DNA of 64,000 bases from the NCBI GenBank assembly GCA_965116475.1, contig OZ220691.1:352001-416000 (forward strand), in the 5' to 3' direction. This document shows positions 48,115-58,596 of this stretch, one piece after another. Both the position numbers and the translations under genes were made by a program. Numbering within the stretch: position 1 is the first letter of the stretch; each line of letters opens with the position of its first letter. Below the pieces are notes generated by a model. That model searched no databases. It was not told where the DNA came from and saw only the letters and a program-made list of their open reading frames with translations. This DNA comes from Gemmatimonadota bacterium (GTDB lineage: Bacteria; Gemmatimonadota; Gemmatimonadetes; Palauibacterales; Palauibacteraceae).

Positions 48115-49221
48115 ATGAGAGCAGGAGTCGTGAGACGTTTGCCGGCGGTGACCGCCCTGGCGCTCGTGGCCTTCCTTTCCGGCGTCCCGGTCCTCCCCGT
48201 CGCGGGGCAGTCGATTACCGTCGTGTCCTGGGGCGGCTCCTACGGTCGCGCCGTCAACGAGGGCGCCAACATTCCCTTCACCGCGGCGACCGGCATTCGT
48301 GTCGGCGTGGAGGACTACAACGGCGGCCTGGCCCAGATACGGGCGCAGGTGGACGTCGGCAACATCCATTGGGACGTGGTCGACCTGGAGATGGCCGATG
48401 CCGTGCGCGGTTGCGACGAAGGGCTGCTCGAGCTGATCGACATCGACGATCTGCCTCCCGGCCCCGACGGCACTCCCGCCGCCGACGACTTCGTGGCGGA
48501 GAGCCAGACCGAGTGCGGAGTGGGCAATCTGTACTGGTCGACGGTGTACGCGTACAACGACGAGAACTTTCCGGGCGACAAGCCCGCCACCATGGCCGAC
48601 TTCTTCGACCTGGAGAAGTTCCCGGGCCGCCGCGGGATGCGGCGGGTGCCGCAGGTGAACCTGGAGTTCGCGCTGATCGCCGATGGCGTGCCGCTCGACG
48701 AGGTGTACGCCGCGCTGGCGACGCCGGAGGGCCTGGACCGGGCCTTTGCCAAGCTCGAAACGATCAAGGACGAAGTGGTCTGGTGGGAGGCGGGCGCCCA
48801 GCCGCCGCAGATGCTGGCCGACGGCGAAGTGGTCATGAGCACGGCGTACAACGGCCGGATCTTCAATGCGCAGATCATGGAAAACCAACCGTTCGTGATC
48901 GTGTGGGACGGACAGCTGCTGGACGTGGGCCAGGTCGGGATCGTCGCGGGGACGCCGAGGCTGGAAGAGGCGCTGAGATACGTGGCCTTCAGCACCAGCG
49001 CCGAATCTCTGGCGCGGATCGGGCGCCGCATCTCCTATTCGCCGGCGCGGAGGTCGGGCATGCCACTTGTGACGACCCATGTCGTCGCAGGGATCGACAT
49101 GGCGCCCCACCTGCCGGCCAGCGCGGGCAACGTGGATCGTGCGCTGCGTTACGACTGGGCGTTCTGGGTCGACTACCAGGACGAGCTGAACGAGCGCTTC
49201 AGCGCCTGGCTGGCGCGTTAG
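48115..49221 (+). CDS. ABC transporter substrate-binding protein (polyamine/opine PotD/YdcS-like)
   Basis: VVSWGGSY, WDVVD, DFFDLEKFPGRR, LEFALIADGV, AYNGR; signal peptide. Confidence 0.9.
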   Translation: MRAGVVRRLPAVTALALVAFLSGVPVLPVAGQSITVVSWGGSYGRAVNEGANIPFTAATGIRVGVEDYNGGLAQIRAQVDVGNIHWDVVDLEMADAVRGCDEGLLELIDIDDLPPGPDGTPAADDFVAESQTECGVGNLYWSTVYAYNDENFPGDKPATMADFFDLEKFPGRRGMRRVPQVNLEFALIADGVPLDEVYAALATPEGLDRAFAKLETIKDEVVWWEAGAQPPQMLADGEVVMSTAYNGRIFNAQIMENQPFVIVWDGQLLDVGQVGIVAGTPRLEEALRYVAFSTSAESLARIGRRISYSPARRSGMPLVTTHVVAGIDMAPHLPASAGNVDRALRYDWAFWVDYQDELNERFSAWLAR

Positions 49222-49237
49222 CAGGTGTACGCGCGCG

Positions 49238-51475
49238 TCAGAACACCACCCGATAGCTGACGTTCAGGCCTCGCGCGGCCTCCGGCATGATCTCCTTCAC
49301 CCGGGAGAGGTGGTTGCGGTACTCGGTATTCGTGGCGTTGGCGAGGCTCACGGTCAGGACGTTCAGACGCCCGCCGAACGTAAACCGCACCCCTGCCGCG
49401 GCGTTGAGGACGGTGTACCCGCGCGTGGGCGTCTCGAATTCGCCCACCCGGTCCTGCCGGTCGGCCATCTCGACCTCCGCCCGGACATACCACGACGGCC
49501 TCTCGTACTTCAGGGCCACATGTCCCTTGAGCGGAGGCACGAGAGGCAAGGGCCGGCCGGTCTCCTTGAGGCTGCCTTTCACCGCTGAGGCCACGCCCTC
49601 CAGCGCCAGCCCCCGCCCGGCGTCAAGGTCGACGCCGGCTTCAAAGCCGCTGAACACGGCGTCGTTGCCCTGGAACTGATAGACGGGGAGGCGCACGCGG
49701 CTCAGGCGGCCCGTGTCCTCCCCGTAGATGTGGTTCCTGATATCGTTGTGGAAGCCGGTCACCTCGGCCCTCAGCCGGTCGGACTCGAAGCGGACGAAGA
49801 CATCCAGCCCGTGCCCGACCTCGCCCTCCAGCGACGGGTTTCCGACCTCGAAGACGTACGCCGCCAGATGCGGCCCTTCCGAATAGAGTTCGGCGATGTC
49901 CGGCGTGCGAAACGCCCGGGCGACGCTGGTTCCGAGCACGAGTCCCGTGGCGGACTTGTAGAGGACACCCAGCGATCCCGACAAGGCGTGGAATCTGCGC
50001 TCGCGAATCTCGCCGATGTCCGACACCCGATCTTCCCCTGGATCGACCCGGGCCCAGTCGTAGCGCAGCCCCGACTCGACCAGGACGGCGCCGAGGTCGA
50101 CCTCCTCGAGCAGGTACAGGGCCGCCCTGAACCGACGCGTGTCCGGCGTGTGAAGGGACCCCCCATATGCGAAATCCTCCCGGGAGGCACGGCCGCCCAT
50201 CGCGCCCGCCGTGAACGGTCCCCAGCTCCCGTGCCGACCCAGGACGTCCGCGCTCGCGCTCTGTTGATCGAAGAGCGTGCCCAGAATGCCCCCCGCTTCG
50301 ATCTCGCGGTGCGTGTACGAGGTGTGCGTCGCGTCGAAGCGGAGGTTGTGGAAGGACCCGACCGGCTCATCGACGACGGTCCGGAACTTCGCCGCGACCC
50401 GCTCCATTTCGATGCGCACCCCCTCGGCGTGCCCACCCACGAATCCACCCGGGATGCCGTAGTAGTTGCGGTAGCCGCGGAAGGACGCCCCGAGACGGCC
50501 CCAATCGGCCACGTAGGCCGTGCCCGCCCCTCCGCTCAACAGTTCGCCGTCGGTGTTGAGAAGCCTGCCGGCGGGGGTCTTCAAGTCTCCAGCGGTCCGT
50601 GCGGTCACCTCCACGCGCAGCGGCACGCGCTCCGCGAGGGGGAACACGGTCGACGCGCTGCCCGCCAGCGAGCCGGTCGCGGTCTCCGTCTGCAGTGTCG
50701 CGGCGCCCGTCAGCCGGTGCGGCATCGCCGAGGGAATCTCGTCGCGGATGACGTTGATGACCCCGCCCAGCGCGTTGCCCCCGTAGAGCAGCGCGCCGGG
50801 ACCCCGCACAACCTCGATTCTCCGCGCCGACGACGGATCGAGCGCGGTGGTGTGGTCCGCGCCCGAGTTGGAAGCATCCCCGACCGCCGTCCCGTCCTCG
50901 AGCATCAGCACCCGATCGCCGCTCAACCCCCGGATCACGGGTTGCGAGACCGATGGGCCCATCCGGGTGGCGGCCAGCCCCGGCATTGACGCCAGGGTTC
51001 CGGCGACGGTCGCCGTCATCTGGCGCTGCAGGTCATCGCCCGTCATGACGCTGACCGGCCGCAGCGCCTCGGCCGCGGTGCGCTCGCTGATTGTGGCCGT
51101 CACGACCAGCTCCCCGAGCGCGATGGGAGACGGCGACAACTCGATCACGACCTCTGCCGACTCCGCCACAGCTCGGCGCGCGCGCACGGCCCCCACGGTG
51201 ACTTCCACGGTGGCGCCGCGGTATCCCAGGCGATCGGCTCGCACCGTGTACACGCCCGCCGCCATCCCGGTCAGGTGGAAGGTACCGTCCGCGCGGGTCA
51301 CGGCACGGGTTTCCCTGCCGACCACCGATACCCGCGCTCCCGCCAGGGGGAAGCCGGTATTCGCGTCGCGCACACTGCCCTCGAACACATGCCTTTGCCC
51401 CGGCTCCTGCCCGTCGACTCGGGGAACGACGAGCGCGGGGGCTACCGCAAATAACAGGACAAGCGCTTTCCGCAT
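49238..51475 (-). CDS. TonB-dependent receptor, ZnuD-like (metal uptake)
   Basis: PVIRGL.GDRV, GADH, IEVVRGPGALLYG..A.GGVIN, ELYSEGPH.A...EVGNP.L, Y.NHLS, terminal F. Confidence 0.88.
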   Translation of the reverse strand: MRKALVLLFAVAPALVVPRVDGQEPGQRHVFEGSVRDANTGFPLAGARVSVVGRETRAVTRADGTFHLTGMAAGVYTVRADRLGYRGATVEVTVGAVRARRAVAESAEVVIELSPSPIALGELVVTATISERTAAEALRPVSVMTGDDLQRQMTATVAGTLASMPGLAATRMGPSVSQPVIRGLSGDRVLMLEDGTAVGDASNSGADHTTALDPSSARRIEVVRGPGALLYGGNALGGVINVIRDEIPSAMPHRLTGAATLQTETATGSLAGSASTVFPLAERVPLRVEVTARTAGDLKTPAGRLLNTDGELLSGGAGTAYVADWGRLGASFRGYRNYYGIPGGFVGGHAEGVRIEMERVAAKFRTVVDEPVGSFHNLRFDATHTSYTHREIEAGGILGTLFDQQSASADVLGRHGSWGPFTAGAMGGRASREDFAYGGSLHTPDTRRFRAALYLLEEVDLGAVLVESGLRYDWARVDPGEDRVSDIGEIRERRFHALSGSLGVLYKSATGLVLGTSVARAFRTPDIAELYSEGPHLAAYVFEVGNPSLEGEVGHGLDVFVRFESDRLRAEVTGFHNDIRNHIYGEDTGRLSRVRLPVYQFQGNDAVFSGFEAGVDLDAGRGLALEGVASAVKGSLKETGRPLPLVPPLKGHVALKYERPSWYVRAEVEMADRQDRVGEFETPTRGYTVLNAAAGVRFTFGGRLNVLTVSLANATNTEYRNHLSRVKEIMPEAARGLNVSYRVVF

Positions 51476-51617
51476 GGGTTCTCTCCGGGGGGATGACGGT
51501 TCAACTCTTGGCCTTCCCGGGCAGCCTTCGCAAGCTGCATGCCTTCGTGCCGGGCGTCCCGGGCGTAGAGAACCGCCGGTTGAAGCTTCCACCGCCGAAC
51601 CGAGAGGAGGACCCGCC

Positions 51618-52868
51618 ATGGGTCGCACACACCGCCGCAGGATCTCGTCCCGCCTCGCGGGCCTGGGCGTTTGCCTCGTTCTGGCCTGCGGTGCGCCGCC
51701 GGAGGCGGGCCGGGAGGGGGCGACCGAGACGGAGCGCTCGCTGTCTGCGGAAGCGACCGCGGCGCTCGTCGAGGCCTTCCAGGCCGAACTCGACGCGGCG
51801 TGGGCGCAGGCCCGGGAGACGGACGAGAACTTCCCGGGGGCGACCGCCGCGTTCATCCTCCCGGACGGGCGCGTGTTCGGGTTCGCGACCGGCCTGTCGG
51901 ACGTGGACGACGAGATCCCGATGACACCGGACATGCGCATGGGCTCCGGCAGCATCGGCAAGACGTACGTCGCGGCAGTCGCCCTGCAACTGGCCATGAG
52001 CGGAGAGCTGGATCTCGACGCGCCGGTCTCCACCTGGCTCGGCGGTGAGGCGTGGTTCTCGCGGGTCCCCAATCACGCGGATCTCACGGTGCGCAACCTC
52101 CTGAACCACACGGCCGGCATGATCCAGCCCTACTTCGAGGACCCCGACTTCGCCGTGCGGCTGGGCGAGGTGTTCCGCGATCCGGACGCCTACATGACCC
52201 CGGAGGAGTTCATCGCCGAGACGGTGCTGGACGCGGAGCCGCTCTTCCCCGCCGGCGGCGGATACCACTACAGCGACGTGCACTACACGCTGGCGGGGCT
52301 CGCCATCGAGGAGGCGACGGGCCGCGCCTACTACGATCTCCTCGACGAGTTCTTCCTCGACCCGCTCGGCCTCGACCTCACGCTGGCGGCCGACCGGCGC
52401 GACCTGCCCGGACTCGCGCAGGGCTACGCGCACCGCAGCTCGCAGCTGTACGGCACCCCGCTCGAGGTCGTCGTGGACGGCCGGCTCATCCTCCATCCCC
52501 TCCAGGAGTGGACGGGGGGCGGCCTCGTGAACAATCCGCAGGCGATGGTGCGCTGGGCGAAGCTCCTGTACGAGGGCGAGGCGATCGAGGGGGACGACCT
52601 TCCCCATTTGCTCGACGTCGGGTTCCCGCCCGACAGCACGAAGCCGCACCTGGGATACGGGCTCGCGGTGTCGGTCGCCGAGGGCGAGCACGGGCTGACG
52701 TACGGCCACGGGGGCTTCTGGCCCGGCTACAACTCGCTCCTCGCGTACTACCCGGACCACGGCGTGGCCGTCTCGATCCAGATCAACTCCGACGACTCGC
52801 GGATGCGCGACCACCTGCCGAAGCTGGCCGGCGTGGTGCTGGAAGCTTTGGGGGCCGCCGGGGGATAA
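51618..52868 (+). CDS. Serine hydrolase (beta-lactamase fold) lipoprotein
   Basis: GGAGG RBS; lipobox VLAC; SIGK, LLNHTAG, YSD, HGG. Confidence 0.88.
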   Translation: MGRTHRRRISSRLAGLGVCLVLACGAPPEAGREGATETERSLSAEATAALVEAFQAELDAAWAQARETDENFPGATAAFILPDGRVFGFATGLSDVDDEIPMTPDMRMGSGSIGKTYVAAVALQLAMSGELDLDAPVSTWLGGEAWFSRVPNHADLTVRNLLNHTAGMIQPYFEDPDFAVRLGEVFRDPDAYMTPEEFIAETVLDAEPLFPAGGGYHYSDVHYTLAGLAIEEATGRAYYDLLDEFFLDPLGLDLTLAADRRDLPGLAQGYAHRSSQLYGTPLEVVVDGRLILHPLQEWTGGGLVNNPQAMVRWAKLLYEGEAIEGDDLPHLLDVGFPPDSTKPHLGYGLAVSVAEGEHGLTYGHGGFWPGYNSLLAYYPDHGVAVSIQINSDDSRMRDHLPKLAGVVLEALGAAGG

Positions 52869-52898
52869 CGGCCAAAGGGGGATAACGGCCGCCGGGGG
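52853..52898. repeat. Nested direct repeats at a convergent gene junction
   Basis: gggggataacggcc x2 (52860-52873, 52877-52890) and ggccgccggggg x2. Confidence 0.85.
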
Positions 52899-54275
52899 TC
52901 AGTCGGCGCGCGGGCCGGAGATCCGGGCTCCGGCGCCGAGGACGAGGATCGAGGCCAGGAGGAGGGCGGCCGCCGCCGGGAAGCCGGCCCGTGTCGCGCT
53001 CTCCTCCAGGACGGCCGGCTCGAAGGCGGGCACGCCGTCCCAGTCGACGGCATCGATCGGCGCAGCGTCGAAGAAAACCGGGTAGAAGTAGGTCTTCAGC
53101 CGCTCGTGGTGTCGGCGGACGGCGTCCTGGTAGGCGAGTTGGGCGGACAGATCGGTGGCGGCGAGGCGGTCGAGGGCAAGTTGGGCCGCGAGCGGGGGCA
53201 CGAAGAGGGACCACCGCCGGGCCCACGCTTCCCGCTCCCGCAGCACGTCCCGGTACGCATGCGAGGCCTCGCGCGCGGCCTGGTCGCCCCGGTGGTTCAT
53301 CGCGTAGTACCAGGCCCACGTGAAGACGTCCTCCGGGACCGTCCGGTCGCTCCACTCCGGGTAATCCGCGAAGAAACCGTCCATCGTCTCGGCCTTCGTC
53401 AGGTCCCAGGCCTCGTGATATCCCTGCCGCTGGCGCACGGTGAGTTCGAGCGCCTCCGGGGCGGGATGGAGGATCGCGTTCGCGAGGCTGAGCGCCGCGG
53501 GAGCCAGCAGGGTGAACCCGACCCACGTCCCCACCAGGATCATGGCGTTCGCGGTGGAGGACCGGCGCCGGGACGCGACGCAGAGGCAGAGCGCGAACCA
53601 GAAGAGGATGTGCAGCGCGATGAGCGCCGTCGCCCAGCCGGCCCGGCCGTCGAAGCTGAACCCCGCCAGCGACGCCGCGACCGCGACCGGCACCGCAACC
53701 ACCGCGCCGACGACGCAGGCGCGCGACGCGAGCTTCACGGCGAGGAGTCGCCGCGGGCGGGCGAAGAGCCGGACGAGATTCCAGGTGCCCCCCTCCCGCT
53801 CGCTGGAGACGAGGTCGTAGGTGAGGGCGATGATGAACAGAGGGAGGAGCGCGATGAGCAGGAAGGCGATGTCGAGATCGCCGGCCGCGGCGAGGCGAGG
53901 GTTCACCGTCTCGTGCTCGTAGAGTTGTCCCTCGAGCGCCAGGAGCCGGATGCGCAGGCTGGCCGCCTCGACTTCCGTTCGGCCCCGCGCAAGCGCGGCC
54001 AGAGGCAGGGACGGCTGGGGGGCCGGAAAGGCCAGGTAGTAGAGCATCTCCCCCGCTTCCGTCGCGGGAGGATAGCTGGAGAGGAGGTAGGCCAGCTGGT
54101 CGCGGTAGGCAGTCTCGGCGGCGACCGCGGAGGACTCCGCCGCTTCGATGTTGCGGCCGCCGCGCCACGCCGCGTAGAACCCGATCGCCAGTAGAAGGAC
54201 GACGGCGACGGCCACGCCGCGGGAGCGCGCCAGCCGGAGCAGTTCCAGCCTGAGGAGACGAAGCCAGACCCTCAC
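52899..54275 (-). CDS. ABC-2/DUF3526-type permease (type B, copy 2)
   Basis: GTG overlaps the upstream stop; NP.....G..D.AF...LLPL, SSEREGGT, P..L. Confidence 0.85.
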   Translation of the reverse strand: MRVWLRLLRLELLRLARSRGVAVAVVLLLAIGFYAAWRGGRNIEAAESSAVAAETAYRDQLAYLLSSYPPATEAGEMLYYLAFPAPQPSLPLAALARGRTEVEAASLRIRLLALEGQLYEHETVNPRLAAAGDLDIAFLLIALLPLFIIALTYDLVSSEREGGTWNLVRLFARPRRLLAVKLASRACVVGAVVAVPVAVAASLAGFSFDGRAGWATALIALHILFWFALCLCVASRRRSSTANAMILVGTWVGFTLLAPAALSLANAILHPAPEALELTVRQRQGYHEAWDLTKAETMDGFFADYPEWSDRTVPEDVFTWAWYYAMNHRGDQAAREASHAYRDVLREREAWARRWSLFVPPLAAQLALDRLAATDLSAQLAYQDAVRRHHERLKTYFYPVFFDAAPIDAVDWDGVPAFEPAVLEESATRAGFPAAAALLLASILVLGAGARISGPRAD

Positions 54276-55720
54276 GATGCGGCCCGATCCACCCCTACTC
54301 GCGCCAGCCGCCCTCGTGCGATGCCGAGGCCGAGCAGGGGAAGGAAAATCCACAGGCCGAGCGCGGCCAGAGAGAGCGCGCGACCGGCGAGCGCCCCACG
54401 GAGCGGGGGCGGCCGCGTCCCGAAGGTCGGGAATTCCGCCCAATGTTCGCGCGGCAGGCGCTGGGCGCGGTCGTTCTCGTAGTGGATCTGGCGGATGTGG
54501 AGATCGTTGAGGCGCTGGATGAGGTCGTACCGGTGGGCTTCCGCCTGCGCCCGGAAGGCCTCCACGGCCTCCGGCCCGGTCCCGGACACCGCCATCGAGA
54601 GGTCCCGCGCCGCCAGGTAGGGCGACAGGAGCCCCGCCCGGGACAGGACGCGGTCCTGACGGCGCTGGCCCGCGACCAGGTCCTGCTGGTGCTCCTCGTG
54701 GATCCGGCTGCTGATGGCCTCCCCTTCGCGGCTCACCACGCCGCCCCAGTTCACGGGAAGCTCCTCGACGGACGCGACCTCGTAGCGCGCCAGGTACTCG
54801 TCCCGCAGCGAGCGGAAGAAGGGGTCCTCGGGATTGTGGCTGTCCCCGACCTCGTTCAGCGCGCGTTCCACCTGGGCGGTGAACTCGGCTCGCGAGGGCA
54901 GCGGGTGCAGCGCCCCCGCGACGGAGGCCCCGAGGCGCGGCACGGCGACGCAGAAGACGACCCAGATCGCGATCAGTTGCGCGAGGGCGCTCCGCGAGGA
55001 GGCCCGGAAGGAGGATGCCAGGACGGTCAGCAGCACCCAGCCCGCCAGGTAGGCGGCGTAGATGCCCGCCAAGCCGGCCATGCGCCCGGCCGAGACCGGG
55101 CCGACCGACCCGGATCCGGCGATCACGACGGTGGCGACACCGATGGGAAGGGCGGCGAGGGCCGCCACCGCCGCCGTGCCCAGGACCTTGCCCGCAAGGA
55201 TCTGGCCCGGCGTCGCCCCCTGGGCGAGGAGGAGTCGCAACGTACCGCGCTCCCGCTCTGCGCTCACGGAGGCGAAGCCCGCGACGACGACGAACAGCGG
55301 AAGGAGGAGGGAGAGGACGGCCGCCGGCGTGAGGCGGCCGAAGCGCAGCATCCCGGTCGCATGGCGGGCATCGCCGAAATTGGCCGTGTTCTGCCGGTGT
55401 CCCTCCAGGAAGAGCGAGGTCCCCGCCCACGCGCCGACCCCCGGGTCGAAGAAGGCGAGCGGCGCCTCCTCCCGAAACACGAGGAACCCGTAGTGGATGA
55501 CCCGGTGCGGGTGACGGTCCGGCTGCTCCACCCACTGGCGCTCGACCATCGCCTGGTACCGGGCGCGCTGTTCCGCCTCGCTCGCGGCGTGGTGCCGCGC
55601 TCCGAGGACCGCGACGACGCCGAGGGCGATGACGAGCCCCAGCAGGAAGACGACGTACCGGTCCTCACGGACCGCACCCACCTGCCGGCGGGCGACGAGC
55701 AGCATGTTGCGGAGATTCAC
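54272..55720 (-). CDS. ABC-2/DUF3526-type permease (type A, copy 2)
   Basis: RHPHRVIHYG, FLEGHRQN, ERERGTL, LSMA.SGT. Confidence 0.88.
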   Translation of the reverse strand: MNLRNMLLVARRQVGAVREDRYVVFLLGLVIALGVVAVLGARHHAASEAEQRARYQAMVERQWVEQPDRHPHRVIHYGFLVFREEAPLAFFDPGVGAWAGTSLFLEGHRQNTANFGDARHATGMLRFGRLTPAAVLSLLLPLFVVVAGFASVSAERERGTLRLLLAQGATPGQILAGKVLGTAAVAALAALPIGVATVVIAGSGSVGPVSAGRMAGLAGIYAAYLAGWVLLTVLASSFRASSRSALAQLIAIWVVFCVAVPRLGASVAGALHPLPSRAEFTAQVERALNEVGDSHNPEDPFFRSLRDEYLARYEVASVEELPVNWGGVVSREGEAISSRIHEEHQQDLVAGQRRQDRVLSRAGLLSPYLAARDLSMAVSGTGPEAVEAFRAQAEAHRYDLIQRLNDLHIRQIHYENDRAQRLPREHWAEFPTFGTRPPPLRGALAGRALSLAALGLWIFLPLLGLGIARGRLARVGVDRAAS

Positions 55721-55721
55721 G

Positions 55722-57152
55722 CTAGTCGGCGCCTCGCACGCGGCTGAGCCCGATGCCCGCACCGGCACCCACCAGGATGAGGAGCGCGCCCAGGACCCCG
55801 AGGGGCAGGGCGGCGCGGCGCGCGACCTCGCCGGACGCCTCGTCGGCGAGACGGAACTGCGGTACGCGGGAAAGGACACCGGGGTCCATCTGCTCGCCGG
55901 CAACGATCGCGGGCACGAAGAAGTCACGCCATCGCTCGGCGAAGGCGCGGACCTGCGACTGGAAGGCGGCGAAGCGCGCATCTCCCGTCCCCGCCGCATC
56001 GCTGAGCACCTCCTGGGCCAGGAGCGCGGGCGACAGGAAGCGGTAGCGGCGCACGAGGGCGATCTGCTCCGCGCGGCGCGCATCGTGCTCCGCCGTCACT
56101 TCCTCGAGGCGGCGGTTGACGGCGTCCGTGGCGGCCCACGCGAGCGCCCCCAGGCCGGGCTCGTCGGCCACCACGCCCTCGGCCATCTCGGGATGGTCCT
56201 CCAGGTAGCGGGCGAGGAGTTCGCTGCGGCGATTCACGGCCTCGTTCGAGGCCTCGCGCTGGGCGGTGATCATCTGCACGCGCGACGGCAACGGGTGCAG
56301 CAGGCCCGCCGCGATGTTGATCGCGGCCGGCAGCACGACGACCAGGACCAGCCACGCGCCCACCAGTACCGTGGCGTTCCAGGCGGAGGACCGCCGCAGG
56401 CCGTTCACCCACGCCGCGAGCGCGAACCAGAAGAGCGCGTACGCGACGACCGCGGCGCACCAGAGAAGGATCCGGCCGGGCGCGCCGAAGCCCCCCGTGA
56501 CGAGGAGCCCGACCAGCGACACCCCCAGCACCATGCCCACCGCAAGGAGGGCGCGGAAGGCGAGCTTCGCCGCCACGACGCCCCGCGCCGACACGGGCTG
56601 CGACAGGGTCAGCGCCAGCGTCCCCTGTTCGCGCTCCTCGGAGAGGACGTTGAAGCTCAGGGCCAGCACGAGCAGCGGCAGGAGGTAGATGACCACAAAG
56701 GCCAGGTCGAAGCGCCCGACCATCAGGTTGAGGGGACTCTCCACCTCTCCGTTCTGCTGGAACGACGACTCGTTCGTGTAGATGTTGACGTCGTAGTAGT
56801 ACGGGAGCAGGTCGCCCTGTCCGACCGTCAGGGCCGTCAGGGGGCCAGGCGCCAGCACCGCCGTGTGGCGCCCCCGCGCCCCGCCGAGCACGTTCGGGAG
56901 CCGCGGATCCGAGAAGCGCGAAGCGGGTTCCGCGCCGTTCTCGATGTCGGCCAGTTCCTGCGTGAGAGCTTGTGTGCGCTCGACGTTTCCGGCCTGCGCG
57001 GCCTCCGCCGTGCGCTCCTGAAAGCGCGTCCAGACCACGCCGTTGGCCAGCGCGTAGACCAACAGGAGCGCGAAGAGTCCGAGCGCGATCCGGAGCGGAC
57101 GATCCGCCATGAGCAGGCGCCACTCGTTCCGGAGTACGGTGCGCGCGGTCAT
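55722..57152 (-). CDS. ABC-2/DUF3526-type permease (type B, copy 1)
   Basis: GQGDL.P, P.NL..GRFDLAFV..YLLPL, EEREQGTL, AGT. Confidence 0.88.
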   Translation of the reverse strand: MTARTVLRNEWRLLMADRPLRIALGLFALLLVYALANGVVWTRFQERTAEAAQAGNVERTQALTQELADIENGAEPASRFSDPRLPNVLGGARGRHTAVLAPGPLTALTVGQGDLLPYYYDVNIYTNESSFQQNGEVESPLNLMVGRFDLAFVVIYLLPLLVLALSFNVLSEEREQGTLALTLSQPVSARGVVAAKLAFRALLAVGMVLGVSLVGLLVTGGFGAPGRILLWCAAVVAYALFWFALAAWVNGLRRSSAWNATVLVGAWLVLVVVLPAAINIAAGLLHPLPSRVQMITAQREASNEAVNRRSELLARYLEDHPEMAEGVVADEPGLGALAWAATDAVNRRLEEVTAEHDARRAEQIALVRRYRFLSPALLAQEVLSDAAGTGDARFAAFQSQVRAFAERWRDFFVPAIVAGEQMDPGVLSRVPQFRLADEASGEVARRAALPLGVLGALLILVGAGAGIGLSRVRGAD

Positions 57153-57153
57153 C

Positions 57154-58578
57154 CTACGTCACCTCCGCGCGCCGCACGCGCGCCGCGGCGAGCAGGATCG
57201 CGCCTGCGAGCCACCCCCCGAGCACGACGAGCGACAGGATCCGGTTGCCCAGCACCCAGGCCAGGGTCGGGGCATCGTACCGCAGCGGCGGCGTGGACTC
57301 CCAGAGCTCGGCTCCGGCCTGGTAGGAGAAATCGCCGCTGCGGGAGTTCTCCGTGAGGTCGCCGTTCATCCGCCGCATCAGGTCCCGGCGGTACGTTTCC
57401 GCGGCGCTCGCGAAGTGCCGGTGCTGCTCGACATCGGTTCCGGCCAGTCCCATGGACAGGGCGCGCACCGCAAGCAGCGGCGCCGCCACCGCGACCATCT
57501 CGTGGACGGCCCCCTGGCGCTCGAACGTGTCCCAGAGCGCGCCGTAGTTGCGGTCGAAGATCCGGTTGCCAAACTCCTCGCTCGCCTGGAGCAGGACGCC
57601 CGACTGGTTGATCGGCAGGTCTTCGACCCGCTCGACCCCGTACTCCGCCAGCAGGCCCTCCGTCAGCGCCTCGTTGTCCGGACGAGCGATGTCCTCCGTG
57701 CCGGAGGCCATCTCCCGTTCCACCGTGCGGGCGAACTCGAGGGCGGAAGGCGTGGGGTGCATCCACTTCGACAGGTCCACCGCCACGCGCGGCGCCACGA
57801 GTCCGTTCACCACCCACACGCCCAGCAGGATCACCAGGGCGGTGCGCGTCGAACGGGTCCAGGCGGAGACGGCCAGCGAGAGCGCCACGAAGGCGGCAAA
57901 ATAGACCAGGTAGACGACGGCCAGGACCGCGGCCCGGGCCACCGGGGACGCCGCCGGACCGGGGCTCCCGACGACGAGTGCCGCCGCCCCCACCGCCGCC
58001 GCGGGCACCAGCAGAAGCGCCAGCGCGCCCGCGATCCCGAGCGCCTTTCCGAGCGCCAGATCGCGCCGCCCGACCCCGGTCGCGAGCAGTTGACGAAGCG
58101 TGCCCCGTTCCCGCTCGCCGGCGAGCGCGCCGAAGGTGAGCAGGATGATCAGCAGGGGCACGAGGTGCTGCAGTACCTGCGCCGCCGTGAGGGCCCCGAT
58201 GCGCTGGGCCGCCGTCGCGTCCTGGGCGGGGCGCAGCAGGAAGTCGTTCTGCCGGTGCGCCTCCAGCCACACCGATGTCCCGGTGTAGGGGTCCACGCCC
58301 TCGTCCACGAAGGAGAGCGCGAGGCGGGGCTTGAACGCATAGACGCCGTAGTGAGCCGCGGAATGGGGATTCTTCTCGCCCTGCGACTCCCAGTGATCGC
58401 GAGCCGTCGCCTGTGCGGCCGCGTGCTCCCGCTGCGCCTCCCGCGCCTGGACCCACCCGTGGCCCAGGGAGACGAGCAGCAGCGCTCCAACGAGGACGGA
58501 GCACCACCTGAAACGGCCGTCCCGAAGTACGTCTGTGAATTCCTTGCGGATGATGTGGCGGATGCTGTGCCTGATCAT
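57154..58578 (-). CDS. ABC-2/DUF3526-type permease (type A, copy 1)
   Basis: KNPHSAAHYG, WLEAHRQN, ERERGTL, LSMGLAGTD..H..F...AE.YR. Confidence 0.88.
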   Translation of the reverse strand: MIRHSIRHIIRKEFTDVLRDGRFRWCSVLVGALLLVSLGHGWVQAREAQREHAAAQATARDHWESQGEKNPHSAAHYGVYAFKPRLALSFVDEGVDPYTGTSVWLEAHRQNDFLLRPAQDATAAQRIGALTAAQVLQHLVPLLIILLTFGALAGERERGTLRQLLATGVGRRDLALGKALGIAGALALLLVPAAAVGAAALVVGSPGPAASPVARAAVLAVVYLVYFAAFVALSLAVSAWTRSTRTALVILLGVWVVNGLVAPRVAVDLSKWMHPTPSALEFARTVEREMASGTEDIARPDNEALTEGLLAEYGVERVEDLPINQSGVLLQASEEFGNRIFDRNYGALWDTFERQGAVHEMVAVAAPLLAVRALSMGLAGTDVEQHRHFASAAETYRRDLMRRMNGDLTENSRSGDFSYQAGAELWESTPPLRYDAPTLAWVLGNRILSLVVLGGWLAGAILLAAARVRRAEVT

Positions 58579-58596
58579 CTACGCCTCCCAGTCGTG

